Positions 46,261-56,855 of a stretch of 63,661 nucleotides of DNA are shown in pieces. This DNA comes from an uncultured Clostridia bacterium (lineage in GTDB: Bacteria > Bacillota > Clostridia > TANB77 > CAG-508). A program made the position numbers and the translations under genes. Positions within the stretch are counted from its first letter, which is position 1. The number at the start of each line of letters is the position of its first letter. The stretch is taken from assembly GCA_944391575.1 (NCBI GenBank), contig CALXUC010000004.1, forward strand, positions 1 to 63,661. Direction: 5' to 3'. A model generated the notes under the pieces. That model worked only from the letters and a program-made list of their open reading frames with translations. It ran no database searches and had not been told where the DNA came from.

Positions 46261-48282
46261 TTGATGAAAAAGAAAGCTGAACACAATAATAATAATGACA
46301 ACCAAGCAATGAATGCATATAATCCATTAATAAACAGCGTAGAAGAGCAAACTCTATTAGAAAAAAATAAGAAAAACTTAAAAGACTTAATAGCGCCAGC
46401 AGGCATAGATGCAACGCATACAAACCATTTAGAAATAATATCAAGTAAGAAAAAATATGCAAGAACAATGATTGTAACTACAATACCAAGAATGTGTACA
46501 TTCCCAGAATTTTTAAGAGGTATGTATACATTTGGAGATTTAAATACATCAGTATTTATAAATCCTATTAGTGAAAGTACTTCTCAAACAGACCTTAACA
46601 GAACAATTAATGAGTTAGAGTCTGAAAGAGTTGTAGCTATGGATAGAGGAGATATTAACCGTGAAAGATTATTAGCGCAAAAAAGAATAGAAGCAGAAGA
46701 CTTAAGAGATGAAATCGCAGCAGGATTTAATAAATTATTCCAAGCATCTATGATGTGTACATTATTTGCATATAGTCTAGAGGATTTAGACAAAAATACA
46801 GAAATGTTATCAGCAGAAATGAGTAAAACATTAATAGGTTTAAAACCTGCATGGGCAATACAAGAGCAAGCTTTTCGTTCAAATATGCCGTTTTGTGATA
46901 ATAAAATTGGCAAAAATCATACTTTTGATAGAAGTTCAATGGGAACAGTATTTCCATTCTTCACTTCAGAAGTGGGACACCAAACAGGTATACCAATAGC
47001 ATTTAATAGGCAGACAGGATTACCAATATTATTTGATAACTTTAGCCCGAAATTAACAAATTATAACATGGTTATATTTGGTAAATCTGGTGCTGGTAAA
47101 GGTGTTACAATAAAAACTATAACAGCTCGTTCATCTGTATTAATGGGAATAGAAAGTTTAGCACTAGATGCTGAAGGTGAGTATGGAATAGTTGCAGAAA
47201 GTTTAGGTGGAATAAACGTTAATATAAGCCCAAACTCAAAAACAATTATAAATTTGTTCGATATAGAACCAGAAGTAACAAGAGACGAAATAACAGGAAA
47301 AGAAAGAGTAGCATTAAATGTAGAAAATAAAGTAGAGGACGTTACACAAGCTTTACTTACTATGGCAAGAGGTAGTACAAGAAGTAGAGAAGTAAACGAG
47401 CTTACAAAACAAATTATAGCAGAAGCTGTAGCAGATGAGTATATGTCTTTAGGAATAACAAATAATATAGAAAGCTTATATAAACCAATACAAAATGGAG
47501 AAATAAAAAAATTAGAAGATAGAGAAAAGAAAGAAATGCCAACAATAGGCTCTTGGTATAGAAGGATTTTAGCAAATGAAAAATCAAATACAAACCCAGA
47601 TTATCGTTTCCATTATAGTTACTTAGTAAAAGTTATGAAACAATACATAAGAGAATATGATGGTCAAATGGCTTACTTCGACGGACAATCAACATTTGAA
47701 TTGTTAGACGATGTACCATTTATAAATCTAGATATATCACAACTAGAGGAAAGATTTGCAAGACCATTAGCACAACAAATATTACTATCATGGATTTGGG
47801 AAAAATACGTTAAAAAGAATAGTGAAGATAAGAAAAAAGCTAAAAAGAAAAGAGTATTAATAGACGAAGCATGGATGTTGCTTCCATACCCAGAAGCTGT
47901 AGACTTCTTAAATACTATGGCAAGACGTGCAAGAAAAAGAAACGTATCTCTATGCGTAATGTCACAAAAATTCCAAGACTTCTATGAAAAACCAGAAGTA
48001 CAAGCAGTATTAACATCATCAGATACAAAGCTATTTTTAGCACAAGATAAATCAGAAATACAATATTTAAAAGAAGTATTTAAATTAAGCGAAGGAGAAT
48101 CAGCTTTCTTAACTACATGTAATAGGGGCGAAGGATTATTAAAAGTAGGTCCAGATTCAGCAATAATTGCAATACAACCTACACAGAAAGAATTCGAGTT
48201 TGTTGAAACAAACGTAAACGAAATGAAAAAAATACAAGAACGTAAAAAACAAGAAGCAGCAAGAAAAAGCAGAGGATATTAA
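46261..48282 (+). CDS. VirB4/TrsE/PrgJ-like T4SS ATPase
   Basis: 673 aa. N-terminal LIAPAGIDATHTNHLEIISSKKKYARTMIVTTIPRMCTFPEFL. P-loop FGKSGAGKGVT (47080-47103), Walker B KKRVLIDEAWMLL, C-terminal SQKFQDF. Start TTG 46261 or ATG 46264. Confidence 0.8.
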   Translation: MMKKKAEHNNNNDNQAMNAYNPLINSVEEQTLLEKNKKNLKDLIAPAGIDATHTNHLEIISSKKKYARTMIVTTIPRMCTFPEFLRGMYTFGDLNTSVFINPISESTSQTDLNRTINELESERVVAMDRGDINRERLLAQKRIEAEDLRDEIAAGFNKLFQASMMCTLFAYSLEDLDKNTEMLSAEMSKTLIGLKPAWAIQEQAFRSNMPFCDNKIGKNHTFDRSSMGTVFPFFTSEVGHQTGIPIAFNRQTGLPILFDNFSPKLTNYNMVIFGKSGAGKGVTIKTITARSSVLMGIESLALDAEGEYGIVAESLGGINVNISPNSKTIINLFDIEPEVTRDEITGKERVALNVENKVEDVTQALLTMARGSTRSREVNELTKQIIAEAVADEYMSLGITNNIESLYKPIQNGEIKKLEDREKKEMPTIGSWYRRILANEKSNTNPDYRFHYSYLVKVMKQYIREYDGQMAYFDGQSTFELLDDVPFINLDISQLEERFARPLAQQILLSWIWEKYVKKNSEDKKKAKKKRVLIDEAWMLLPYPEAVDFLNTMARRARKRNVSLCVMSQKFQDFYEKPEVQAVLTSSDTKLFLAQDKSEIQYLKEVFKLSEGESAFLTTCNRGEGLLKVGPDSAIIAIQPTQKEFEFVETNVNEMKKIQERKKQEAARKSRGY

Positions 48283-48317
48283 TTTAATTATAATATTAAA
48301 TTTAGAAAGGAGTGCAT

Positions 48318-49571
48318 ATGAAGAAATTATATAAATTTATAACAATAACATTAGTAAGTATAATTTTAACAAATGCATTACTTTCTAATGTGGTAATGGC
48401 AATCGATAAAGAAGATGACCCATTTTTACAACATACTAATACAGATTTTAGTAATATAATGACAGGTGAAGATATAAATAAATATGGAGAAACTGGAGAG
48501 GCGGAAGGCTCTAGTAATAAGTATAGACCAGTAAATAGAGTTAATGGCGGAACTAATTTGGAACCGGTTTCAAATAAACACGATAGAGATACTAATCTAC
48601 AATCAGAACAAAGTAGTTTTATAGCTACACAATTAGCGGCTATAGTAGGGATAATACCAAGTCTTTTCCAACTTATAATGAGTTCATGTGTTGGAATAGA
48701 TGTAACATCATCAAAAGAAGCATATACAATACAAAACTTATTGATGGGGAAGTATGACTTATTTGATATAAATATATTTGTTACAAGTTCTCCAAATTCT
48801 ACAGGTGCTTCAGGACAGGGAGAATCAAGCTTTAATGCAGTTATAAAAGAAGGAGTAGCTTCTTGGTATGGTACAATACGAAACATAGCTATTATAGCAA
48901 GCTTTATAGTTTTATTATATGTAGGAGTACGAATGGCAGCTTCAACAACTGTATCAGATAGAGTAAAATATAAAAAAATGTTAACAGCATGGATTACAGG
49001 TTTTGCGTTAATATTTATATTACATTATATTGTATTAATATTAATAACATTCTCAAATCAATTAGTAAATATCTTATCAGCTTTAGCTCCAGAAGGAGAA
49101 ACTCCTTTTGAGTATGCTATTTTAACAAGAATACTTTCTGCCAACGCAGACGGATGGAATCACTTGTTGCGAACAATACTATATGCTATGTTAGTATGGT
49201 ACCAATTTAAGTTTTTCTTCATGTATTTAAAAAGGGTTATATCGAATGCATTTTTAATATTAATCTCACCATTAGTAACAGTTACATATGCAATAGATAA
49301 ATCAAATGACTGTAAGGCACAAGCTTTTAACTCATGGTTAGAAGAATTTATTACAAATACATTTATACAGCCAATGCATTTAATATTATTTTTAGTTTTA
49401 CTATATTCAGCAGGAGCGATTGCAGAATTATATCCAATAATTGCAATATTATTTATGTTTGGTATAGGACAAGGAGAAAAATTATTAAGAGGATTATTCA
49501 AGTTAAAAGGAACTTCTGTCGGTTCAGTAACTGAGGGTACAACATTCTCAAGTTTAGTCGCCAAAATATAG
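48318..49571 (+). CDS. VirB6/TrbL-like polytopic membrane protein, paralogue 1
   Basis: ATG after AAAGGAG (track ORF from GTG 48312). Signal peptide plus soluble region, then WYGTIRNIAIIASFIVLLYVGVRMAAS...KYKKMLTAWITGFALIFILHYIV...YLKRVISNAFLILISPLVTVTYAIDK, shared with 50849 and 54923 ORFs. Confidence 0.6.
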   Translation: MKKLYKFITITLVSIILTNALLSNVVMAIDKEDDPFLQHTNTDFSNIMTGEDINKYGETGEAEGSSNKYRPVNRVNGGTNLEPVSNKHDRDTNLQSEQSSFIATQLAAIVGIIPSLFQLIMSSCVGIDVTSSKEAYTIQNLLMGKYDLFDINIFVTSSPNSTGASGQGESSFNAVIKEGVASWYGTIRNIAIIASFIVLLYVGVRMAASTTVSDRVKYKKMLTAWITGFALIFILHYIVLILITFSNQLVNILSALAPEGETPFEYAILTRILSANADGWNHLLRTILYAMLVWYQFKFFFMYLKRVISNAFLILISPLVTVTYAIDKSNDCKAQAFNSWLEEFITNTFIQPMHLILFLVLLYSAGAIAELYPIIAILFMFGIGQGEKLLRGLFKLKGTSVGSVTEGTTFSSLVAKI

Positions 49572-49598
49572 ATAAGTAAAGGAGTGAAAGGAGTATGT

Positions 49599-50831
49599 AT
49601 GAAAAATAAAAATTTAGGTAAAGCAATAAAAATTACTTTAATTATTTTAGTAGTAATATTTATAATATTATTAATGATAGTAGGAAGTAGAGAAATAGAA
49701 AAGCAAAATACTCCTATTTACTCAACGATAGAAGAAATGCCAGATGTTGCAACATTAATAAATCAAATGTATGGAGAATACAAAAAAATGGAAGATTCTC
49801 AAGACGAAAGATATTTTAAAGATATTTATGTAGATTTAAAATATGGATTATATGAAGGGGAAAATTCCAAAAAAGATTTCTATAATTCTTTAATAACAAC
49901 TGTAGCGCAAAAAATGAATTACGAAAATGTTAGAGTTATAGATGAAGAAAAACAAATAGAAATAAGAATAGTATGCGATACGGAAAATGGAGAATTAATA
50001 GGAAGTTACATAAATGGTGATACAAATTTTTATGGACATTATGAATCACAAAAAGCGTTGGCAAATTATAAGAAAACGGCAATAACAGAACTTAATATAG
50101 AGTCTAATGAAATAAATACTTTAATACAAAATGGATGGAATAAAAATACTTTAAGTATAGGAGAAGCAGAAGATGAGATTGATGATTATATAGAATATTC
50201 AGATTTTGGAATAAACATATATGAAATAGATGAAAAGGTTTTCAACTTATTATTTGATACGAGATATACTGAAACAGTAGTAAACGGAATAAAAGTAGGA
50301 GACACTTTTGAAACAATAATATCTAAATTAGGAGCACCTACATTTGGAAGCGAAGAAGATGGCTATATAGGATATAAAGGAGAAGAATTATATGTATTTT
50401 TTAATGAAGACCAAATCTCTATATATCCTGTAGAAGATGAAGTAAAAAGTATTAATTCACTTGTAGAACGATATGAAGAAGATGGCTCAATAAAAAGATT
50501 AGTGTCAGGTGCTACAGATTTATGGGAAAATTATGAAAATTATTATTATGATGAATATACAGTAGATTTATCTTATCCTTTAGCAGGAATAAAATTTCAA
50601 TTTGGAGTATCAGAGAACCATGGAATAAAAATATATAATAATTTTATAGGAGAAATAGTAGAAAATTATACTCAAGAAGAATTAAGTGAAATGGAAATCG
50701 AAATACCATCGTACATATATTTTGTAGAAGAAGATTCAGTGAATGAATATGAAAGAGAAAGAAATTATTTAATACAAGCAACTAGTGAAGATGGGGACTA
50801 TGAAAACGATGAAGACTGGAAATATGTATAA
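49599..50831 (+). CDS. Membrane-anchored acidic extracytoplasmic protein of the T4SS-like operon
   Basis: ATG 5 nt after AAAGGAG (track ORF from GTG 49584). TM ITLIILVVIFIILLMIVG. About 380-aa Asp/Glu/Tyr-rich ectodomain with no recognised domain. Confidence 0.5.
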   Translation: MKNKNLGKAIKITLIILVVIFIILLMIVGSREIEKQNTPIYSTIEEMPDVATLINQMYGEYKKMEDSQDERYFKDIYVDLKYGLYEGENSKKDFYNSLITTVAQKMNYENVRVIDEEKQIEIRIVCDTENGELIGSYINGDTNFYGHYESQKALANYKKTAITELNIESNEINTLIQNGWNKNTLSIGEAEDEIDDYIEYSDFGINIYEIDEKVFNLLFDTRYTETVVNGIKVGDTFETIISKLGAPTFGSEEDGYIGYKGEELYVFFNEDQISIYPVEDEVKSINSLVERYEEDGSIKRLVSGATDLWENYENYYYDEYTVDLSYPLAGIKFQFGVSENHGIKIYNNFIGEIVENYTQEELSEMEIEIPSYIYFVEEDSVNEYERERNYLIQATSEDGDYENDEDWKYV

Positions 50832-50848
50832 AATAAGGAGGTGATCTT

Positions 50849-53800
50849 ATGAATATAATAAAAAAATTTGTATTAATTTTTATAATTGCTTTAATAACAA
50901 TATTAGGAATTATACCATCTTTTTCTTATGGTGAAGCATTAAATGATGCACAAAGGAAAGCTTTGGTAGATGTTGTAGTAAAAATAATAGATGAAGGTAA
51001 TAAATCAAGAGTATTAAGATATTCACAAGGTCATCGTATGTATGGATATGATTGGAGAAAAGTAACTCAAAGTACTAAACAGTTAACAACAGGATATGTT
51101 AATTTAACTGATGCAGACTTAATAAGAGTGAAAGAGATTTTAGTAAGAGATTTAGGTGCGGATTGGGACGATGTATCAATGCCTAAAGTAAAAGCTTATT
51201 ACTGTAATTTTCTAGGAGACGATATAAAAGATACAATACCATTCGATTGTTCTTCATTAGTTAGTGCTGCATATCATATGACGGTTGGAACTCCTTATGG
51301 AAATTGGGCTTGGAATTCTAGTAAATATTCTGAAAGTTCAGAATGGTTTACTGTTTCATCTGATATGTCTTCAGTAAAACCAGGAGATATATTATGGAAA
51401 AAAGGTCACGTTGCAGTATATTTAGGAGACTGTTATGGTAATGGAAAGCAGTATATTGCAGAAGCCCGCGGATTTGCAAGAATTAGTAAATCAAGTGAAG
51501 TTATGAGACAAAAGTTACTAGCTTTTTTAAGTGCAAATCCTAAATACATAGCAGATCACCCAAGTTATAATAAAAAAATGCCAACTTTACAATTACCTGA
51601 AAATGGAGTTATGGATGTAACCAAACAAGTTGTTATAGTTGAATATAGTCCAACAAGATTTGATAAAGTGGCCTCATATATTGGACCAATTTCTGCAGTA
51701 GACACAGTAATAGATGTTACAAATTTAACTACTACTAATCCAGGAGATGGTAGCGGAATAGGTTCAGACAATACTTCAGGATTATCTCATGATCCTATAG
51801 TATTACCTGGAAACAATACTACAGTATGGCCAAAAGATATGGTATTAGAAGACCAATTATTAGCTACATCTGAAGGATATTTTTATAAAGGAACACCTAC
51901 ATACGGTCAATATATTGGAAGAATAAGCTTATTTAACTGGTTAATAGAAGGAACGGAAAACGTCCTAGACTGGCTAATTGGATTTGTAACTTATGCATTT
52001 AAAGCAGTTTTAATTGGCTGGACTGCAATTATGGAAAATGTAATATCTAATATTTTAAACTTTGGGATTACACCTGAGGCAACTGAAACAACAGCGGCTT
52101 TAAATGAAAGTGTAGTCCTAACTAAAATTCCTTTGGGAGTACTAACGGCATATAATGAAGATGAAGCTGAATCAAAATTAGGCTTAACGCAAGTAGCAAC
52201 ATCAGGAAATAATGCAAATTCTTCTTCAAGCACTACTCAAAACAATAAACCGACAGTAACTCAAGAATCTGATATAGATGCATCAGAAACAAAAAAAAAA
52301 ATAACTATTGAAGATGTACTTTTTAATAGAGTACCTGTATTAGATATAAATTTTTTTGATTTTGAAAATGCAGGTGGGCAGAAATTAAGTGAAGGTAGTT
52401 TACTATATAAAGTAAGGGAAACAATAGCAAACTGGTATTATGTAATAAGAATGGCAGTAATTATGGGAATGTTAGTAGTATTATTGTACATCGGTATAAA
52501 AATTGCAATATCAGTTCCAAGCCAAGAAGCTGAATATAAAGCTAAATTAATAGATTGGTTAGTAGGCTTTATAATTGTTTTCTCTATACATTACTTTATG
52601 GTATTAATAATAAATTTAAATAATCAAATTGTAAAAGTATTAGACCCAGTTATATCTGCAAGCACTACTGTGGATACTCCACAAGTAGAAACTGGTACAA
52701 GTAGCAATGTTACAACAACAAATGATGGACAAACTAGTTTATATGAAGCAATAAGAATACAAGCATACGACATTAAGGCAACTACAGGGTTAACTGCAGC
52801 AATTATGTATATGGTTTTAGTATTCTTCTTAATTAGATTTATTATATTTTATGCAAAAAGGATGTTTATATTAGCAGTTTTAACAGTAATTTCACCTATT
52901 ATGGGACTGCTATATTCTATAAATAAGAAAAAATATAGAATTGGTGATTGGGGCAAAGAATATATATATAATGTCTTAATACAATTTGTACATGTTGTTA
53001 TTTATACAGCTATAGTAGGACTTGCTTTTGACGTATCTAAGACATCCACATTTAGAGGGGGATTGATAGCATTAATGACATTAGCTTTCTTGATGGGAGC
53101 AGAAAATCTAGTTAAGAAAGTCTTCGGCTTTAATAAGGCTTCAAGTACAGGTAGTTTAATGAATTCTACACTTGGACAATTAGCTGCTGTAAAAGTTGGT
53201 TCAGCATTATATCACAAAGCTGGAGAAAAAACAGAAAAACTTGCAGGTAGCCTAAACTTTATAGACAGAAAATATCAAAATTTTAAAAATTCGCAACTAA
53301 TGGATACCTCAACAGCTGCATGGAATCATAATTATAATTCACCAGAAGGTGTTGAAGAGACACCTGAAGATGCTAAAAAAAGAAGAGCTACAAAATTATT
53401 AGCTTCTAAAGGATATATACCAAATTCTACAAAAGCAAACAATTTAAATTATAAAATTGACGAAAACAGCGTACCAGAATATTTGGATTTCGATAGAGAG
53501 AAATATTTCAATATGAGTTCAATTAATCTTAGATTAGCAGAAGCTATGGGGGAGGAAGAACAAGCAAGAAAGGCTTATGCAATGCAAGGTATAAAAGATA
53601 TATTACATTCTACAACAGGTATGTTTTCAGTAATGGCAGCAGTACCTATGTTAGTAATATCTCCTAAATACGGACTAGGGTTAGGGGCTTATGGTGTGCA
53701 CGCACTTGCCTCAAGTATGGGACGTAGGAAGATACAAGGCGCCAAAAACTTTGGAAAGAAAAGAAAGTGGACAGGTAAAAGATTAATATTTGCATGGGCG

Positions 53801-54901
53801 ACAAGTGGCTTAAGTGAAGGAATGGCAAATATGAAGATGAATTCTGATGATACTAAGTATGTATTGCAAACAACACATATGAAAAAAGTAGAATTATTAA
53901 AAAGAGCTAGAGAAATCGAAGATGAACTAGCAAAAGAAATTGTAGAGCTAGAATTACAAGATAATCTAAATATAAAAAATAATGAAGGTATACAAGGAGT
54001 AGAGACAGAAAAATTAAAAGAAGCAAAAGAAAAAATGGATGAAGTGGCAAGGAATATAGATACACAAGAATTTGAAAAGGCAGTTAACTTGACACTTAAA
54101 GAGGTTAAGAAAAAAGATATAGAAAAAGTAGTAGAAAATTACATGTTAAATAAAAAAGGCGATGATTTTACAAATGCTGATTTAGCAAATGTAGTAGAAG
54201 AACTTCAAAAAGTAATGGGAGAAAAATATAAAGACTTAACTTTAAATGAAAACTTTGTAGAAATTGTAAGAACTCAAGTGAGAGAAGAGATAGTTGATTA
54301 TGGTAATTACAAAGTAGTATCTCCTAATAAATCAGGTCATTCACCTACAGTTGAATCTTCAGACACCGCAGATAGTATTAGAGAAAAATATAAAAGAAAT
54401 AATGATGCTGAAAATAATACAGAAGAAAAAGTTAGCATGTTTGGAAAAGATATGACTAAAACTGTAGAAAGCAATACGGAAGAAAAAGATAAAAAGTCAA
54501 CAGAAAGAGCTACAGTACATATGAAGGATAATGACGGAAAAAGAGCAATAACAAGAGAAGAACTTGAGAAGAGAGTTGATAATGTAATTAAAAAGATGAA
54601 TCAAGAAGAAATAGTAGAAGTAATTGATACTGCTTTAAAAAGAAAAGAAGCTATTAATAGAGAAGTAAAAAATCCTAAATATGTTAAATTAATGGAAAAA
54701 GTTAAAGAATTAAAACAAATTAATTCAGATTTTAAAGAATTAACAGGAGAAGAAATCTACAAATCATATAAAGTAAAAGATAACAAATTAGTAGAAAAAC
54801 GTGATTATGATGGCGAAGTAGAATATCAAAGCGTAAGTGATATAGTTAAAAATTTAAGAAACAATATAGTAAAATATATTAATGGTAATGCTCAAATTTA
54901 G
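50849..54901 (+). CDS. 1350-aa fusion: NlpC/P60 cell-wall hydrolase domain + VirB6-like polytopic module (paralogue 2) + long coiled-coil C-terminus
   Basis: Signal peptide ..SFSYG/EA. NlpC/P60 catalytic Cys in FDCSSLVSAAYH and His in GDILWKKGHVAVYLGD. TM module WYYVIRMAVIMGMLVVLLYIGIKIA...YKAKLIDWLVGFIIVFSIHYFMV...YAKRMFILAVLTVISPIMGLLYSINK. Lys/Glu-rich tail. Confidence 0.7.
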   Translation: MNIIKKFVLIFIIALITILGIIPSFSYGEALNDAQRKALVDVVVKIIDEGNKSRVLRYSQGHRMYGYDWRKVTQSTKQLTTGYVNLTDADLIRVKEILVRDLGADWDDVSMPKVKAYYCNFLGDDIKDTIPFDCSSLVSAAYHMTVGTPYGNWAWNSSKYSESSEWFTVSSDMSSVKPGDILWKKGHVAVYLGDCYGNGKQYIAEARGFARISKSSEVMRQKLLAFLSANPKYIADHPSYNKKMPTLQLPENGVMDVTKQVVIVEYSPTRFDKVASYIGPISAVDTVIDVTNLTTTNPGDGSGIGSDNTSGLSHDPIVLPGNNTTVWPKDMVLEDQLLATSEGYFYKGTPTYGQYIGRISLFNWLIEGTENVLDWLIGFVTYAFKAVLIGWTAIMENVISNILNFGITPEATETTAALNESVVLTKIPLGVLTAYNEDEAESKLGLTQVATSGNNANSSSSTTQNNKPTVTQESDIDASETKKKITIEDVLFNRVPVLDINFFDFENAGGQKLSEGSLLYKVRETIANWYYVIRMAVIMGMLVVLLYIGIKIAISVPSQEAEYKAKLIDWLVGFIIVFSIHYFMVLIINLNNQIVKVLDPVISASTTVDTPQVETGTSSNVTTTNDGQTSLYEAIRIQAYDIKATTGLTAAIMYMVLVFFLIRFIIFYAKRMFILAVLTVISPIMGLLYSINKKKYRIGDWGKEYIYNVLIQFVHVVIYTAIVGLAFDVSKTSTFRGGLIALMTLAFLMGAENLVKKVFGFNKASSTGSLMNSTLGQLAAVKVGSALYHKAGEKTEKLAGSLNFIDRKYQNFKNSQLMDTSTAAWNHNYNSPEGVEETPEDAKKRRATKLLASKGYIPNSTKANNLNYKIDENSVPEYLDFDREKYFNMSSINLRLAEAMGEEEQARKAYAMQGIKDILHSTTGMFSVMAAVPMLVISPKYGLGLGAYGVHALASSMGRRKIQGAKNFGKKRKWTGKRLIFAWATSGLSEGMANMKMNSDDTKYVLQTTHMKKVELLKRAREIEDELAKEIVELELQDNLNIKNNEGIQGVETEKLKEAKEKMDEVARNIDTQEFEKAVNLTLKEVKKKDIEKVVENYMLNKKGDDFTNADLANVVEELQKVMGEKYKDLTLNENFVEIVRTQVREEIVDYGNYKVVSPNKSGHSPTVESSDTADSIREKYKRNNDAENNTEEKVSMFGKDMTKTVESNTEEKDKKSTERATVHMKDNDGKRAITREELEKRVDNVIKKMNQEEIVEVIDTALKRKEAINREVKNPKYVKLMEKVKELKQINSDFKELTGEEIYKSYKVKDNKLVEKRDYDGEVEYQSVSDIVKNLRNNIVKYINGNAQI

Positions 54902-54922
54902 TGTAGTAAAGGAGTAAATAAA

Positions 54923-56830
54923 ATGGTAGGGAAAAAGAGTAAAATATTAATAATTGTATTAATATTCATAATGATATTTAATTTTAGTTATCCAACAATT
55001 TATGCTAACTCAGGTTCAACTTCGAGCTCAAGCTCTAGTTCATCAAATTCAGATTTGAAGACAGCAGTAGATTTCGGTTTAGGTTTGTTAATTAATCCGA
55101 TTATCATGTTAGCTTATTGGATTGGAGAAGGTCTGTTACTCCTTACAAATGCTATGGGAGCAAATGAGGGAGAAACTGTAACTCCTGAAACTATACTATT
55201 TAATAAATTAGAATTAACAAATATTAACTTTTTTGACTCGAGTAGCGGAAGCAGTTTTGCAGCTCAATTACAAACAAATATAGCATCATGGTATTACGTT
55301 ATGAGAACTATTGCAATTATAGCTTCTTTATGTGTACTTATATATATAGCAATAAGAATGGCAGCATCTACAGTTGCTTCAGATAAAGCGGAATATAAAA
55401 GAATGTTAATGGATTGGGCTGTAGGATTTATATTAATATTCGTATTACATTATATAATTATATTAGTGGTAAATGGTAATAATTTGATAGTAGATACTTT
55501 AGCAGAAACTATAAAGACGTCATCGACTGGAGAATTAACTAGTTTTATAGATACAGTTGGTGACCAAGTTAAATGGGCACAAGAAGTTTCTAAAACGTTA
55601 ACTGCTACATTTATATTCTTAATACTTGTAGGTATAACATTAGCATTCTTATTAATGTATATAAAACGTATGATAGTTGTAGCCTTTTTAATTATAATTG
55701 CACCATTAATAACTATTACATATTCAATAGATAAAGTAGGAGATAGTAAATCACAAGCCTTAGATTCATGGCTAAAAGAGTTTATATGGACAGTATTAAT
55801 ACAACCGTTCCATTGTGTAATATATATAGTATTTGCAAGTGTTGTAATAGATTCATTAGATGCAAACAACTTATCAAGTTCAATATTAGCAATTATGTGT
55901 TTAATATTTATATTACAAGCAGAGGATATTGTTAAGAAGATTTTCGATATAAAAGCAGATAATATTGGTAAAATGAGTAGTTCATTTGCTATGGCCGCAG
56001 GTGGTGCTTTAGTGGCATCTAGATTTGCTGGAAAAGGCGCTGCAAAAGGCGCTGGTGCTGCTGCAAAAGGAGCCGGTAAAGCTGCCAATGCGATCGCTAG
56101 TAAATTACCTCAAACGAAAGACGGAAAAGGAGTTGGAACTGGACCAACTAATGAAAAATCAAATTCATTCACGCAAAAAGTTGCAAATGCATTTGGATCT
56201 GATGCAGTACAAAATAAATTAAAAAGCTTTAATAACTTTATGGAAAATAATAAATTTGCAAAAGCAGCAGGAAAATTTGGAAAAGCTTATGTTGATTATG
56301 GTTATAAAGCAGCAACAACACTTGTCGGAACAGCGCTTGCAACGCCAACTGCTAATGGAGTTTCAAACGTTATAGAAGGTGGTATGGCAGGATATGCTGC
56401 AGGACAAGCAATTAAAGCTGGAGCAAAATGGGTTGGTAAGAAGGCAACTGTAGACGTTATAGAAAGTGGTAGAACAAAAAATGCGGAAAGAAATTTAGGC
56501 GAAAGTTATAAACAATTGAAACAACAAGAGGGCTTAAGTGATGAGCAAATGTTTGATAAAGCAAGGACTCTTATGAAATTAGATTTAAATTCAGAAAAAG
56601 CGAAGAATTTAAGCGAAGCACAATTGCTATTTGCACATAATCTACAAGTTATGAGACATCAATTAGAGAAAGCCGGAGAAGATACAAGTATTGATAATGT
56701 TATGAGTAGAATAAATTTAAAAGATATTAACGCTGGTAATAGCACTGATAATAATAGTAGTACTACTGATAGTAATAATAACAGTAATAACAATAGTAAT
56801 AATAACGGTAATAATGGTGGTAATAATTAA
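54923..56830 (+). CDS. VirB6/TrbL-like polytopic membrane protein, paralogue 3, with Ala/Gly/Lys-rich and Asn-rich tail
   Basis: Signal peptide, poly-Ser. WYYVMRTIAIIASLCVLIYIAIRMAAS...YKRMLMDWAVGFILIFVLHYII...YIKRMIVVAFLIIIAPLITITYSIDK. Tail GKGAAKGAGAAAKGAGKAANA ... NNNSNNNSNNNGNNGGNN. Confidence 0.6.
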   Translation: MVGKKSKILIIVLIFIMIFNFSYPTIYANSGSTSSSSSSSSNSDLKTAVDFGLGLLINPIIMLAYWIGEGLLLLTNAMGANEGETVTPETILFNKLELTNINFFDSSSGSSFAAQLQTNIASWYYVMRTIAIIASLCVLIYIAIRMAASTVASDKAEYKRMLMDWAVGFILIFVLHYIIILVVNGNNLIVDTLAETIKTSSTGELTSFIDTVGDQVKWAQEVSKTLTATFIFLILVGITLAFLLMYIKRMIVVAFLIIIAPLITITYSIDKVGDSKSQALDSWLKEFIWTVLIQPFHCVIYIVFASVVIDSLDANNLSSSILAIMCLIFILQAEDIVKKIFDIKADNIGKMSSSFAMAAGGALVASRFAGKGAAKGAGAAAKGAGKAANAIASKLPQTKDGKGVGTGPTNEKSNSFTQKVANAFGSDAVQNKLKSFNNFMENNKFAKAAGKFGKAYVDYGYKAATTLVGTALATPTANGVSNVIEGGMAGYAAGQAIKAGAKWVGKKATVDVIESGRTKNAERNLGESYKQLKQQEGLSDEQMFDKARTLMKLDLNSEKAKNLSEAQLLFAHNLQVMRHQLEKAGEDTSIDNVMSRINLKDINAGNSTDNNSSTTDSNNNSNNNSNNNGNNGGNN

Positions 56831-56855
56831 TCTAAAGTATAGGAGGTGAATTTAA

